A stretch of 64,000 nt of DNA. Origin: Sphingopyxis sp. (lineage in GTDB: Bacteria; Pseudomonadota; Alphaproteobacteria; Sphingomonadales; Sphingomonadaceae). The notes under the pieces were generated by a model that made no database searches, was not told where the DNA came from, and worked only from the letters and a program-made list of their open reading frames with translations. Of this stretch, positions 10,157-19,500 are shown one piece after another. Both the position numbers and the translations under genes were made by a program. The stretch covers positions 1 to 64,000 of the forward strand of contig NZ_DASYHG010000009.1 in the NCBI RefSeq assembly GCF_035998905.1. The letters are read 5' to 3'. Positions within the stretch are counted from its first letter, which is position 1; each line of letters opens with the position of its first letter.

Positions 10157-11287
10157 ATGCGGATAAAGCTTGTTGTTTTGGCGTTTCTGGCGTTCGCTGG
10201 CCCCGGCGCGGTAGCGGCGCAGACCAACCAGGCACTCGACATCCGGGTCGGCAAAGCGCCCGATATCGTACGCATAGGCGCGGCCGATCAGCTCGTCTAC
10301 GAACTGCATCTGACCAATTTTTCGAGCCTTGCCCTGCGGCTGGACCAGCTTGTCGTGCGAGCCGGTGACGAGGCAACGCCGCTCAAGACCTATGAGGGCG
10401 ACGAACTGGCCAAGGCCATCGGGCTCGTCGGGCCGGCCGAGGCCGACACGCGGACAATTCCATCGGGCCGCCGCGCGGTCCTCTACATCAATGCTCCCAT
10501 CGCGGCCGGCGTGGCGCGCGGCGCAATTTCGCACGAACTGAAACTCAGCAAGGTTGGCGCCGATGGCGCCAGCTTCACGATTTCGGGAGGCGCAGCACTG
10601 CCAGCCGCCGCGCCCCTCCCGCGCCTTGCGCCGCCATTGCGCGGCGGGCCTTGGGTCGCGGTGTACGACCCCGGCATGGAACGCGGTCACCGGCGGGTCT
10701 TCTATGCCACTGAAGGATCGGCAACCCTGCCCGGTCGCTTCGCCATCGATTTCATGAAGGTCGACACGGGCGGCAAGCTGGCGGCGGGCGACGCCAACAT
10801 CCCTGCGAACCATTATGGCTTCGGTGCCGAGGTGCTCGCGGTCGCCGACGGCACCGTCGTCGCGGTGCGCGACGACGTGCCCGACCCGGCGGCAATCAAG
10901 GGACGGGCGAACCCCACGATCGCCGACGCGAGCGGCAATTATCTCATGCTCGATATCGGCCGCGGGCGCATCGCGACCTATGAGCATCTGAAGCAGGGCG
11001 CCCCGGTCAAGGTCGGGGATCGCGTCAAGGCGGGACACGTCGTCGGTTTCCTTGGCTTCACCGGACAGGCGAGCGCGCCGCACCTCCACTTTCACCTCGC
11101 CGACCGGGCATCGATCCTCGGCGCGGAAGGCCAGCCCTATGTCTTCGCTTCGCTCACGCGGCTGGGGCAATATGGAGCGATCGGCGATTTCTTCCGCGGC
11201 GATACATGGCCACCCACCGACCGCTCCGAAACGGTGCGCGACAGCTATCCGCCGCCGAATCTCGTCATCCGCTTTCCGGGCGACTGA
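10157..11287 (+). CDS. secreted M23 family metallopeptidase
   Basis: Starts [22 protein letters not shown] (signal peptide) after an AAGGGAG RBS. The C-terminal LytM/M23 domain carries the HLHFH motif and GQASAPHLH. The upstream 71 codons of the ORF-finder call are rejected. Confidence 0.75.
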   Translation: MRIKLVVLAFLAFAGPGAVAAQTNQALDIRVGKAPDIVRIGAADQLVYELHLTNFSSLALRLDQLVVRAGDEATPLKTYEGDELAKAIGLVGPAEADTRTIPSGRRAVLYINAPIAAGVARGAISHELKLSKVGADGASFTISGGAALPAAAPLPRLAPPLRGGPWVAVYDPGMERGHRRVFYATEGSATLPGRFAIDFMKVDTGGKLAAGDANIPANHYGFGAEVLAVADGTVVAVRDDVPDPAAIKGRANPTIADASGNYLMLDIGRGRIATYEHLKQGAPVKVGDRVKAGHVVGFLGFTGQASAPHLHFHLADRASILGAEGQPYVFASLTRLGQYGAIGDFFRGDTWPPTDRSETVRDSYPPPNLVIRFPGD

Positions 11288-11290
11288 CGC

Positions 11291-11602
11291 CTAGCGCAGC
11301 GCGCAGAGCGCCGCCGAGCTGGTCGAGACGGTCAGGATTTCGGGGTCCTTGAGCGCGCGGACCTTGTGGAAGAACTGGTCGAGCGAGAGGTCGGTGACAC
11401 GCTTGTCCTTGAGGCTGCCGAGCGCCGACAGGCGGCGGAGCTGGAGCAGCGAGAGCCGGTCGACCATGCGTTCGGCCATGCACGCCGACATCGCTTTCGA
11501 CAGGCCGGCATTGTTGAGTCCGGTGCGCAGCCGCGTTTCGGGCGTCGCGCATCCGGCGAGCGCGAGCGACAGCGCAAGCAGCGGCAGGGCAGCAAGCTTC
11601 AT
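11291..11602 (-). CDS. small lipoprotein, hypothetical
   Basis: 103 aa with a lipoprotein signal and lipobox (MKLAALPLLALSLALAGC). No recognisable domain. Confidence 0.5.
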   Translation of the reverse strand: MKLAALPLLALSLALAGCATPETRLRTGLNNAGLSKAMSACMAERMVDRLSLLQLRRLSALGSLKDKRVTDLSLDQFFHKVRALKDPEILTVSTSSAALCALR

Positions 11603-11608
11603 CGGGGA

Positions 11609-12757
11609 TTACCTTCCGTGATATTCGGCGACAGCCGACGAGACCGACTGCATCAGCGCCATACGCGCGGGGATGCCCGATGTCGTGCTGCCCATCATCA
11701 CGACGATCGCATAGCGGGTGCCGTCGGGCGCCGTCGCGATACCGATGTCGTTGTAACCCGCGGTCATTCCGCCCAGATTCTGGCCGGTCCCGGTCTTGTG
11801 CATGAATTGCCAGCCCGGCGGCAGCCCGGCCTTGAGGCGGCGCGGCCCGCTCTTCGTGCGGCTCATCACGCCTTGCAGATATTCGGTCGATTCGGGCGAC
11901 AGCAGGGTACCGCGCGCGAGTCGCGTCAATGCGCTCGCAATGGCGGCGGGAGCCGCACCGTCGACCGGATTGGCGAGATAATTGTTCATCGCGGTCTGGC
12001 GCGCCGCAGCGGGCAACAAGGCGCGCGCACTTTCGAAATTGCGGCCGACCGAATAGCTTTGCTGCCAGGTCAGCCCTGCGGTTCCGCTTTGCAACAACCG
12101 TTCGCCCGGCCCGAAGCGGATCGAACCCAGATCCTTTTTCGAGATGAAGGCGCGCACGGCGTTGGGACCGCCGACGGTGCGCAGCAGGCTGTCGTTAGCA
12201 AGATTGTCGCTGTGGGTGATCGCGGTCTCGATCAGATCGCGAACACTCATCGTAACCGAACCCTCGGCGCGCACGCGCGCCGCGAGCGGCTGATGAAAGA
12301 CCACCAGATCCTCGGGGCCGATGCGGACACGCTGATCCATCGTCAACCGGCCCTGATCGACCGCATCGAGCACGGTCAGCGCGACCCAAAGCTTCGACAC
12401 GCTCTGCTGCGGAAAAAGTTCGCCGCCACGCTGCGACAGCGCCCATTCGCCGTCGATGCGCTGGACCGCGATGCCGGTCTTGCCGGGGAAGGCGCGCCAC
12501 AGTTCATAGATGCGGTCCTGAAGACCGGCAGGCGCCCGGCGGAAACCGGGGTCGAGCGGACCGGCAGGGCGCGGCATCTGCGAGCGTACGGGCTGCCCGA
12601 TCGGCACGGTGACCGCACCGGCCGGACCACGTACCGCCGCTGGCTGCTGCTGCGCGCGCGGCTGCGGCACGATCGCGGCGCTACTGACGCAGCCCGCCAG
12701 CACCGCGGCGCTCATCGACACAGCGAGGAGCGGCTTGCCGGATAACCTGAACTTCAT
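11609..12757 (-). CDS. class A beta-lactamase family protein (lipoprotein)
   Basis: Carries the class A motifs S-x-x-K (QQSVSKLW), SDN (ITHSDNLAN) and KTG (MHKTGTG). Lipoprotein signal MKFRLSGKPLLAVSMSAAVLAGC. The start is set at the internal Met (12757) rather than the ORF start at 12799. Confidence 0.7.
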   Translation of the reverse strand: MKFRLSGKPLLAVSMSAAVLAGCVSSAAIVPQPRAQQQPAAVRGPAGAVTVPIGQPVRSQMPRPAGPLDPGFRRAPAGLQDRIYELWRAFPGKTGIAVQRIDGEWALSQRGGELFPQQSVSKLWVALTVLDAVDQGRLTMDQRVRIGPEDLVVFHQPLAARVRAEGSVTMSVRDLIETAITHSDNLANDSLLRTVGGPNAVRAFISKKDLGSIRFGPGERLLQSGTAGLTWQQSYSVGRNFESARALLPAAARQTAMNNYLANPVDGAAPAAIASALTRLARGTLLSPESTEYLQGVMSRTKSGPRRLKAGLPPGWQFMHKTGTGQNLGGMTAGYNDIGIATAPDGTRYAIVVMMGSTTSGIPARMALMQSVSSAVAEYHGR

Positions 12758-12927
12758 TCGAACCCCGCACTTGCGACTTATATAGTATCCCGACCCCATT
12801 CGGGTACGCCATCCGTCCCGCAGGCACGTGCAGCGGACCAGCGTTTTGCGGTGAATGATTCTTCTGCCGCGACCAATGGCGGAACCCGGCCGATTTCCGG
12901 AGCGCGGGGTTGGCGCGCACGCCGTCG

Positions 12928-13617
12928 TCAGGGTGCCGGCTTCGCCCGCACCATGTCGGGATACAGCCGCTTCAGCGCCGCGAGCTTGGGCGCGTCCCAG
13001 CGCAATATATAGCCGTTCTTCGGATTGCGGCGCATGAAATCCTGGTGGTTCGCCTCGGCGGGATAAAAGCGCTTATACGCTTCGACCGGAACGACGATCG
13101 GCTTGGCGAAATATTTGCCGCCGCCGATCTGCGCCAGATAGGCGGTCGCGACCTGCCGCTGACTCGCGTCGAGGGGGACGATCGCGGCGCGATATTGCGG
13201 CCCCGTGTCGGGCCCTTGGCGATTCTTGAGCGTCGGATCGGCGACTACGGAAAACAGGATGCGCAGCAAGGTGCCATAGCTGACCTGCGACGGGTCATAA
13301 ACGATGCGGACCGCCTCGGCGTGGCCCGATGTGCCATCGTGTGTCAGCTCATATTTGGCGGTCGCGGCACTGCCGCCATGATAGCCCGATTCAACCGAGA
13401 TCACGCCCTTGACGTTGGAAAAGACGCCTTCGACGCCCCAGAAACAGCCGCCGGCAAGCACCGCGGTCGCGCGCTTCGCATTCACCGCCGGGTCGACCAG
13501 CGCCGCGGGCAACTTGACGACGCTTTCGGCTTGCGCAGGCGCGCATTGTGCGACGATCGCGCCGGCCATCAGCGCCGCGGCGGCGCGAAGGGCGAGCGCA
13601 CGCCGCAGTGGCGTCAC
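12928..13617 (-). CDS. msrA: peptide-methionine (S)-S-oxide reductase MsrA, periplasmic form
   Basis: Carries the catalytic GCFWG motif. I set the start at the GTG at 13617-13615, which gives a clean Sec signal peptide (TPLRRALALRAAAALMAGAIVAQCAPAQA). The ORF-track extension to 13821 is rejected. Confidence 0.8.
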   Translation of the reverse strand: MTPLRRALALRAAAALMAGAIVAQCAPAQAESVVKLPAALVDPAVNAKRATAVLAGGCFWGVEGVFSNVKGVISVESGYHGGSAATAKYELTHDGTSGHAEAVRIVYDPSQVSYGTLLRILFSVVADPTLKNRQGPDTGPQYRAAIVPLDASQRQVATAYLAQIGGGKYFAKPIVVPVEAYKRFYPAEANHQDFMRRNPKNGYILRWDAPKLAALKRLYPDMVRAKPAP

Positions 13618-13721
13618 GCCGGGATCGGCAGCGCCGGCTGATTGAGCACGATATAGGTCGCGCCAATCGCGAAGCCGGCGAGCATGGTCAGGAACCAGTC
13701 GGAGCGAAGCATGGAGAGCAT
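13614..13721 (-). CDS. small hydrophobic leader ORF (35 aa) translationally coupled to msrA
   Basis: ATG at 13721-13719 encodes MLSMLRSDWFLTMLAGFAIGATYIVLNQPALPIPA, a single predicted TM helix. Its TGA stop overlaps the msrA GTG start (GTGA). Below the ORF-track length cutoff. Confidence 0.25.
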   Translation of the reverse strand: MLSMLRSDWFLTMLAGFAIGATYIVLNQPALPIPA

Positions 13722-13947
13722 ATGGGCCTCTTTTCATATCTTGTCGATTCGCGGCTTTGACCGCTTTGGTTACACCGACGATATGGAGCGCCCCGACCAG
13801 CCGTGCAGTGATGGCAGTCACCCTAACGAGAATGACTTACCATCCGGTGAACCGGGCGGTTAACCGCCGTTCAGGTTCAAATAGTCGCCGCCGCCACGAT
13901 TACAAGACCGATCGGTACAAAACAATCTTGCGCGCTTGAAATACCGC

Positions 13948-15159
13948 TTAGCTGAGCGCGGCGCACGCCTGCTGGATGCGCACGCAAGCTTCCTTCAGCA
14001 CCGCTTCCGACGTCGCATAAGAGACGCGGAACGCGGGTGACAGGCCAAACGCCCCGCCATGCACCGCCGCGACCTTTGCCGAATCGAGGAAATAGTCGAT
14101 CAGCGCTTCGTCGCTGTCGATCAGCTTGCCGTCGGGGGTCTTCTTGCCGATGCAGCCCGACGCGTCGGGATAGACATAGAAGGCGCCGTCGGGGACGGGG
14201 CAGTTGAGGCCCGGCGCGTCGTTGAGCATTGCGACAACCATGTCGCGGCGCTTGCGGAACGCGGCGTTGCGATCGTCGAGGAACTGCTGCGGCCCGCCAA
14301 GCGCGGCGGCCGCGGCGGCCTGTGCGATCGAGCAGGGGTTCGACGTCGACTGCGACTGGAGCTTGCCCATCGCCTTGATGATCCACGCGGGACCGCCGGC
14401 ATAACCGATGCGCCAGCCGGTCATCGCATAGGCTTTCGAGCAGCCGTTCACCGTCAGGATGCGGTCGATCAGGTCAGGGCAGCGCTGGGCAAAGGTGGTG
14501 AACGCGAAATCGGCGTACCAGACATGCTCGTACATATCGTCGGTCATCACCATGACGTGCGGATGGCGGCGGATCACTTCGCCGAGCGCGTCGAGTTCCT
14601 CGCCCGAATAGGCGGCGCCCGACGGGTTCGACGGCGAGTTGAGCATCACCCAGCGTGTCTTGTCGGTGATCGCGGCGTCGAGCTGCGCCGGGGTGATCTT
14701 GTAGTTCTGCGCCGCGCTGCCCTCGACGATCACCGGCTTGCCGCCGCAGAAGGCAACGATGTCGGGATAGCTGACCCAATAGGGTGCGGGGATGATCACC
14801 TCGTCGCCCTTGTCGACGGTCGCGACGAGCGCGTTGAACAAAGTGTGCTTGCCGCCGACATTGACCGAAATCTGGTCGAGCCCGAATTCGAGGCCGTTGT
14901 CGCGGCGGAACTTGCCGCGGATCGCATCCTTCAGCGCGACGGTCCCGTCGACGAGCGTATATTTGGTCTGCCCGTTGCGGATCGCCTCGATCGCCGCTTC
15001 CTTGACGAAGTCGGGGGTATCGAAATCGGGCTCGCCGGCGCTGAGGCCAATCACGTCGACACCCCCGGCCTTCAGCGCCGAGACGCGCGCGGTCATCGCG
15101 AGCGTCGCCGAGGGCTGGATGCGGTTGAGGGCGGCGGAGACATGGGGCTTCAGCGACAT
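13948..15159 (-). CDS. aspartate/aromatic aminotransferase (class I PLP-dependent)
   Basis: 403 aa. The full-length class I aminotransferase translation (MSLKPHVSAALNRIQPSATLAMTARVSALKAGGVDVIGLSAGEPDFDTP...) includes the SKAYAMTGWRIGY lysine region. Confidence 0.85.
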   Translation of the reverse strand: MSLKPHVSAALNRIQPSATLAMTARVSALKAGGVDVIGLSAGEPDFDTPDFVKEAAIEAIRNGQTKYTLVDGTVALKDAIRGKFRRDNGLEFGLDQISVNVGGKHTLFNALVATVDKGDEVIIPAPYWVSYPDIVAFCGGKPVIVEGSAAQNYKITPAQLDAAITDKTRWVMLNSPSNPSGAAYSGEELDALGEVIRRHPHVMVMTDDMYEHVWYADFAFTTFAQRCPDLIDRILTVNGCSKAYAMTGWRIGYAGGPAWIIKAMGKLQSQSTSNPCSIAQAAAAAALGGPQQFLDDRNAAFRKRRDMVVAMLNDAPGLNCPVPDGAFYVYPDASGCIGKKTPDGKLIDSDEALIDYFLDSAKVAAVHGGAFGLSPAFRVSYATSEAVLKEACVRIQQACAALS

Positions 15160-15288
15160 GACGATATCTTCCGTGGCTTGCGCGGTTCGGGCTGCAAAAG
15201 GACAGGAAATTGCGCGCGGCCGCGCCTAAAGCCTCTAACGCATATTCGCAAGCGCGCAGCTTGATAATTTACCTATGCAGCAGGCAGG

Positions 15289-17121
15289 TCAGCCTATCGG
15301 GGATGCCACAGCGTCCGCGAGCCGTGCCGGGATCAGCCCGCGCAGCGAGTTGCCGATGAAAAATCCGTCGTCGAGATCCGCGAGCCGCAGGTGCGATTCG
15401 ACCGCGCGTCCCTTCTCGATCAGCTCGGCGCGGAGCACGCCGGGGAGCAACCCGAGCGCGAGCGGCGGGGTGAGCAACTGGCCCTCGCGCTCGACGAAGA
15501 CATTGCTCCAGCTCCCCTCGGTAACGAAACCCGGTTCGTCGACGAAGACGACCTCGGGCGCGCCGCTTTCGTGGCGCGCGGCATCATAGGCGGCGCGCTG
15601 GCTCGTCTTGTGCGCGAGGCGGAAATCGCCAGCCGCCATCGGGGCGGGACGCACCGCAACGGGCACCGGCAGCTCGGCGAGCCGCGGCAGCGGCGACACC
15701 TCGACCGCGAGCGCGCCCGATGGCGCGAGCCGCATCCGCACCCGCGCCGCGCTGCGCACGCGGAAGGTCGCCGATTGCAGGCTATTGCGCGCGCCGTGCC
15801 GGTCAAAGGTGAACCCCAATGCCTCGGCGCTCGCCTTCATCCGCGCCAGATGCCCCTCGAGCCGCTGCACGCCCTCGACGGGGTCGAAGAACATCGTCTC
15901 GATAAGGTCGAAGCTTTCCCCCGCTGCGCCCACAAATTCCCCCTTGGCCAGACATTCGCGCCACTCTTCGGCCGGAACGCTGTCGGCGACGATACCGGAA
16001 CCCAATCCCAGCGTGGCGCAAGGCACATGATCGTGCAAGTCGCTTTGCGGTAACACCAAAGTCCGGATCGCGACGTTGAACGCCGCATCGCCTCCCGGCT
16101 CGATGAAGCCGATCGATCCGGTATAAAGACCTCGCGCATCGCCTTCCAGCGCGTCGATGATTTCCATCGCGCGGACCTTTGGCGCGCCGGTGATCGATCC
16201 GCAGGGGAAGGCCGCGCGCAGCACGTCGACCGCGCCGACCCCTTCGGGCAGGCGCGCGCTGACGTCGGAAACGAGCTGGTGGATCGTCGGAAAACTCTCG
16301 ACGCGGTAGAGGTCGGGAACCGCCACCGACCCCGGCGCCGCGACGCGCGACAGGTCGTTGCGGATCAGGTCGACGATCATCAGGTTTTCGGCGCGCTGCT
16401 TCAGGTCTTCGGCCAGCGCGCGCGCCGCCGCGGCATCGGCTCCGGCGTCGGCGAGCCGCGCCGCGGTCCCCTTCATCGGCCGCGCCATCACCTCACCCCG
16501 GCGCAGCGCAAAAAACAGCTCGGGCGAGTGCGACACGATCGCCCGCTCCCCGGTCCAGATCACCCCGCCATAGCCCGCACGCGCCGTCCGCCGCAGCCGC
16601 GCATGGACCGCGAGCGGGTTACCGAGCACCGGCACGTCGGCGCGAAAGGTCAGGTTGGCCTGATAAATGTCGCCCGCGCGAATAAACCCCAGCACCGCCT
16701 CGACCGCGATCAGATAGTCGGCGCGCGCAATGCGCGGGGCGACCTTGCCGACCCACGCCGATGCGGGATCGGGCAGCAGATCCGCGACGCGGTCGGCGGC
16801 GATCCGTTCGACCGTCTCGAACAGCCCGAACCAGCCGACTGGCGCATCCCCCGCCCGGGCCTCGACCGCCCCGCGCCACGCTGGCGCGAGGCCTTGTCCG
16901 GCTTCATAGGCGAGATAGCCGGCGGCGTAGAACCCCCGCGCCTGCGCCGCCTCCAACGCCGACAACAAGGCAGGAACTTCAGCCGCCGAACGAGCGACGA
17001 GGATTTCGACCGGGCGCACGAACAGCCGTGCCGCCGCCGCGCCTTCGGCGCGCGCGTCGTCGAGCAGCACGAAGGGCGGGCAGTCTGGCCCGGGAACGGG
17101 GATCGCGTCGGCGTCTGCCAT
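15289..17121 (-). CDS. pabB: bifunctional aminodeoxychorismate synthase component I / aminodeoxychorismate lyase (PabB-PabC fusion)
   Basis: 610 aa. The N-terminal ~400 aa is a chorismate-binding anthranilate/PabB-type domain (FPCGSITGAPKVRAMEII). The C-terminal ~200 aa is an aminotransferase class IV-like domain (PabC). Confidence 0.8.
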   Translation of the reverse strand: MADADAIPVPGPDCPPFVLLDDARAEGAAAARLFVRPVEILVARSAAEVPALLSALEAAQARGFYAAGYLAYEAGQGLAPAWRGAVEARAGDAPVGWFGLFETVERIAADRVADLLPDPASAWVGKVAPRIARADYLIAVEAVLGFIRAGDIYQANLTFRADVPVLGNPLAVHARLRRTARAGYGGVIWTGERAIVSHSPELFFALRRGEVMARPMKGTAARLADAGADAAAARALAEDLKQRAENLMIVDLIRNDLSRVAAPGSVAVPDLYRVESFPTIHQLVSDVSARLPEGVGAVDVLRAAFPCGSITGAPKVRAMEIIDALEGDARGLYTGSIGFIEPGGDAAFNVAIRTLVLPQSDLHDHVPCATLGLGSGIVADSVPAEEWRECLAKGEFVGAAGESFDLIETMFFDPVEGVQRLEGHLARMKASAEALGFTFDRHGARNSLQSATFRVRSAARVRMRLAPSGALAVEVSPLPRLAELPVPVAVRPAPMAAGDFRLAHKTSQRAAYDAARHESGAPEVVFVDEPGFVTEGSWSNVFVEREGQLLTPPLALGLLPGVLRAELIEKGRAVESHLRLADLDDGFFIGNSLRGLIPARLADAVASPIG

Positions 17122-17156
17122 CTATGTCACATATGCCGCTCGCGCGCCGGCGGCGG

Positions 17157-17693
17157 TCAGCGGTCGCGTTTCACGCGGATCGTGCGGCCGCCGTCGATCG
17201 TCGCGAAATAGCTGCCCATCGTCGCGACCTTGATCTTGACCTTCTGTCCCGGCTTGGGCTGGCGCGGCAACCTGGTCGTGTCGATCTGCACCCACACCGC
17301 CTCGTCTTCCATCGCGAGGGTATATTTGCCCGACCGGTCCATGCTCACCGACCGGATCGTCGTTTCGATTTCCTTGACCTCATCCTCGTCGCCGCCGAAA
17401 ATCCCGCCGAGCTTGGGGAAAGAAAAGCCGAACAGCCCGCGCCGCGCCTTCTTCGCGGTCTCGCGGTCGGTGAAGGTGATTTCGCGCGCCTGGTCGGCCG
17501 TCGCCAGCTCGCCGACCTCGCGGTCGAAACAGGCAAGCCGCGCCGATGCGTCGGCGATATCGCGGCAGGCATAGAGTTCCTGGATCTGCGCGGGACGCGC
17601 GGACGGCAATTTGTCCCTCGCGGCTGCGGGAATGGAGAGGGTGCAGGCAAGAATGACGAGCGGCGCGGCGAAGCGCGATGACAGCTGCAACAT
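17157..17693 (-). CDS. hypothetical periplasmic protein
   Basis: Start chosen at MLQLSSRFAAPLVILACTLSIPAAA (signal peptide). No recognisable domain. Confidence 0.45.
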   Translation of the reverse strand: MLQLSSRFAAPLVILACTLSIPAAARDKLPSARPAQIQELYACRDIADASARLACFDREVGELATADQAREITFTDRETAKKARRGLFGFSFPKLGGIFGGDEDEVKEIETTIRSVSMDRSGKYTLAMEDEAVWVQIDTTRLPRQPKPGQKVKIKVATMGSYFATIDGGRTIRVKRDR

Positions 17694-17829
17694 GGCAAAA
17701 CCCCTGCGAGAACAATATGCGCTGCCTAGCCGTAGCAACAGCGCGCCGCAAGCGAGCCCGGTTGCAAATCACTGCTTACTGACCCTAGTGTAAGGAACCC
17801 CGCATCTTCCAATAGGATATCAACCCGCG

Positions 17830-19500
17830 ATGGACAGCCGCTTTTCCTGGTCGACCGATTATCACCATCCCACCGCGTGGGACCAGGAGTTCGCACCGCT
17901 GTCGCTGCCCGACATGCTCGCTGCCAGCGTCGCGAAGCGCGGCGATGCGCCGATGCTCGATTTCCTCGGCCGCCGGTTCGGTTATGCCGAGGTCGCGCGC
18001 GGCGCGGCGCGCGTAGCACGCGGGCTGCAACAGCGCGGGATCGGCAAAGGCAGCCGCGTCGGCCTGTTCCTCCCCAACGTCCCCCATTATGTCGCCGCCT
18101 ATTATGGCGCGCTCATCGCCGGGGCGACGGTGGTCAATTTCTCGCCACTCTACACCGTCGCCGAACTCAAGGCGCAGGTCGAGGATTCGGGCACCGAGCT
18201 GTTGTTCACGGTCAGCGCAGCGGCCCTGCTCCCCACTGCGCTCAAGGTGCTCGACGGATCGAGCCTCAAGACACTCGTCGTCGGCTCGGTCGCGGGCGGC
18301 CTCCCCGCGGCGAAGTCGGTGCTCTACCGCCTGTTCAAACGCAGCGAAGTCGCGGCGCTGCCCGCCGACCCGCGCGTCGTCCGCTTCTCGGCGCTCACCG
18401 ACAACGACGGGCGCCCCGACCCCGTAGAGATCGACGCCGAAAAGGATATTGCGCTGATCCAGTACACCGGCGGCACGACCGGGACACCCAAGGGCGCGGA
18501 ACTGACGCACCAGAACCTTACCGCGAACGCGCGGCAGGTGAACGCGATCGACCCCGACCATGATGCCGACGACCGCATCCTCGGCGTACTGCCCTTCTTC
18601 CATGTCTTTGCGAACACCTGCGTGCTCAACCGCACCGTGCTCAACGGCGGGACGATCACGATGCTGCCGCGCTTCGATGCCAAACAGGCGCTCGAAGCGA
18701 TCACCCGGACGAAAACGACCGCGCTCCCCGGCGTGCCGACGATGTATCAGGCGCTGCTCGACCATCCCGACCTCGCGAAGACCGACTTTTCTTCGCTGCG
18801 CGTGTGTATTTCTGGGGGTGCGCCGATGCCCGCCGAGCTGCGCGAGAAATTTATCGCCGCGACGGGAGCATCGCTCGTCGAGGGTTATGGCCTCACCGAA
18901 AGCTCGGGGGTCGTCGCGACCAACCCCTATGAGGGCCCGGTCATGCCCGGCACGATCGGCCAGCCGCTCCCCGCGACGCATATCCGGCTGCTCGACAAGG
19001 AGGACCCGACGAAGGATGCGCCCGACGGCGAGCCCGGCGAGCTCGCGGTCAAGGGACCGCAGATCATGCAGGGCTATTGGAACCGCCCCGACGCCGACAA
19101 GGACAGCTTCACCGAGGACGGCTGGCTGCGCACCGGCGACGTCGCCGTGGTCGAGGCGGACGGCTATATCCGCATCGTCGACCGGTTGAAGGACATGATC
19201 GCGGTCGGCGGGTTCAAGGTCTATCCGAGCGTGATCGAGGCGCATCTCTACGAACACCCCGCGGTCAAGGAAGCGATCGTGCTCGGCGTTCCCGACGCCT
19301 ATCGCGGCGAGGCGCCGAAGGCTTTCGTGACACTGGAGGATGGCTTTCAGGTGAGCGGCGAAGCGCTCGCCGCATGGCTCAATCCGCAGCTCGGCAAGCA
19401 TGAGCGGGTAATCGCGGTCGAGGTGCGGCTGAACCTGCCCAAGACGATGATCGGCAAGCTCGACCGGAAGGCGCTCAGGGCAGAGGAAGGCGCCGTCTAG
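17830..19500 (+). CDS. long-chain fatty-acid--CoA ligase (AMP-dependent synthetase/ligase family)
   Basis: 556 aa with the AMP-binding motif (IQYTGGTTGTPKGAELTHQN) and the C-terminal conserved GGFKVYP...GKLDRK region. Confidence 0.85.
   Translation: MDSRFSWSTDYHHPTAWDQEFAPLSLPDMLAASVAKRGDAPMLDFLGRRFGYAEVARGAARVARGLQQRGIGKGSRVGLFLPNVPHYVAAYYGALIAGATVVNFSPLYTVAELKAQVEDSGTELLFTVSAAALLPTALKVLDGSSLKTLVVGSVAGGLPAAKSVLYRLFKRSEVAALPADPRVVRFSALTDNDGRPDPVEIDAEKDIALIQYTGGTTGTPKGAELTHQNLTANARQVNAIDPDHDADDRILGVLPFFHVFANTCVLNRTVLNGGTITMLPRFDAKQALEAITRTKTTALPGVPTMYQALLDHPDLAKTDFSSLRVCISGGAPMPAELREKFIAATGASLVEGYGLTESSGVVATNPYEGPVMPGTIGQPLPATHIRLLDKEDPTKDAPDGEPGELAVKGPQIMQGYWNRPDADKDSFTEDGWLRTGDVAVVEADGYIRIVDRLKDMIAVGGFKVYPSVIEAHLYEHPAVKEAIVLGVPDAYRGEAPKAFVTLEDGFQVSGEALAAWLNPQLGKHERVIAVEVRLNLPKTMIGKLDRKALRAEEGAV

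Noticed and set aside
9952-10275. N-terminal 108-codon extension of the sucC ORF
   Set aside because: SucC homology begins exactly at [12 protein letters not shown]. The extension is low-complexity, overlaps the divergent M23 promoter region, and arises only because no in-frame stop occurs upstream.
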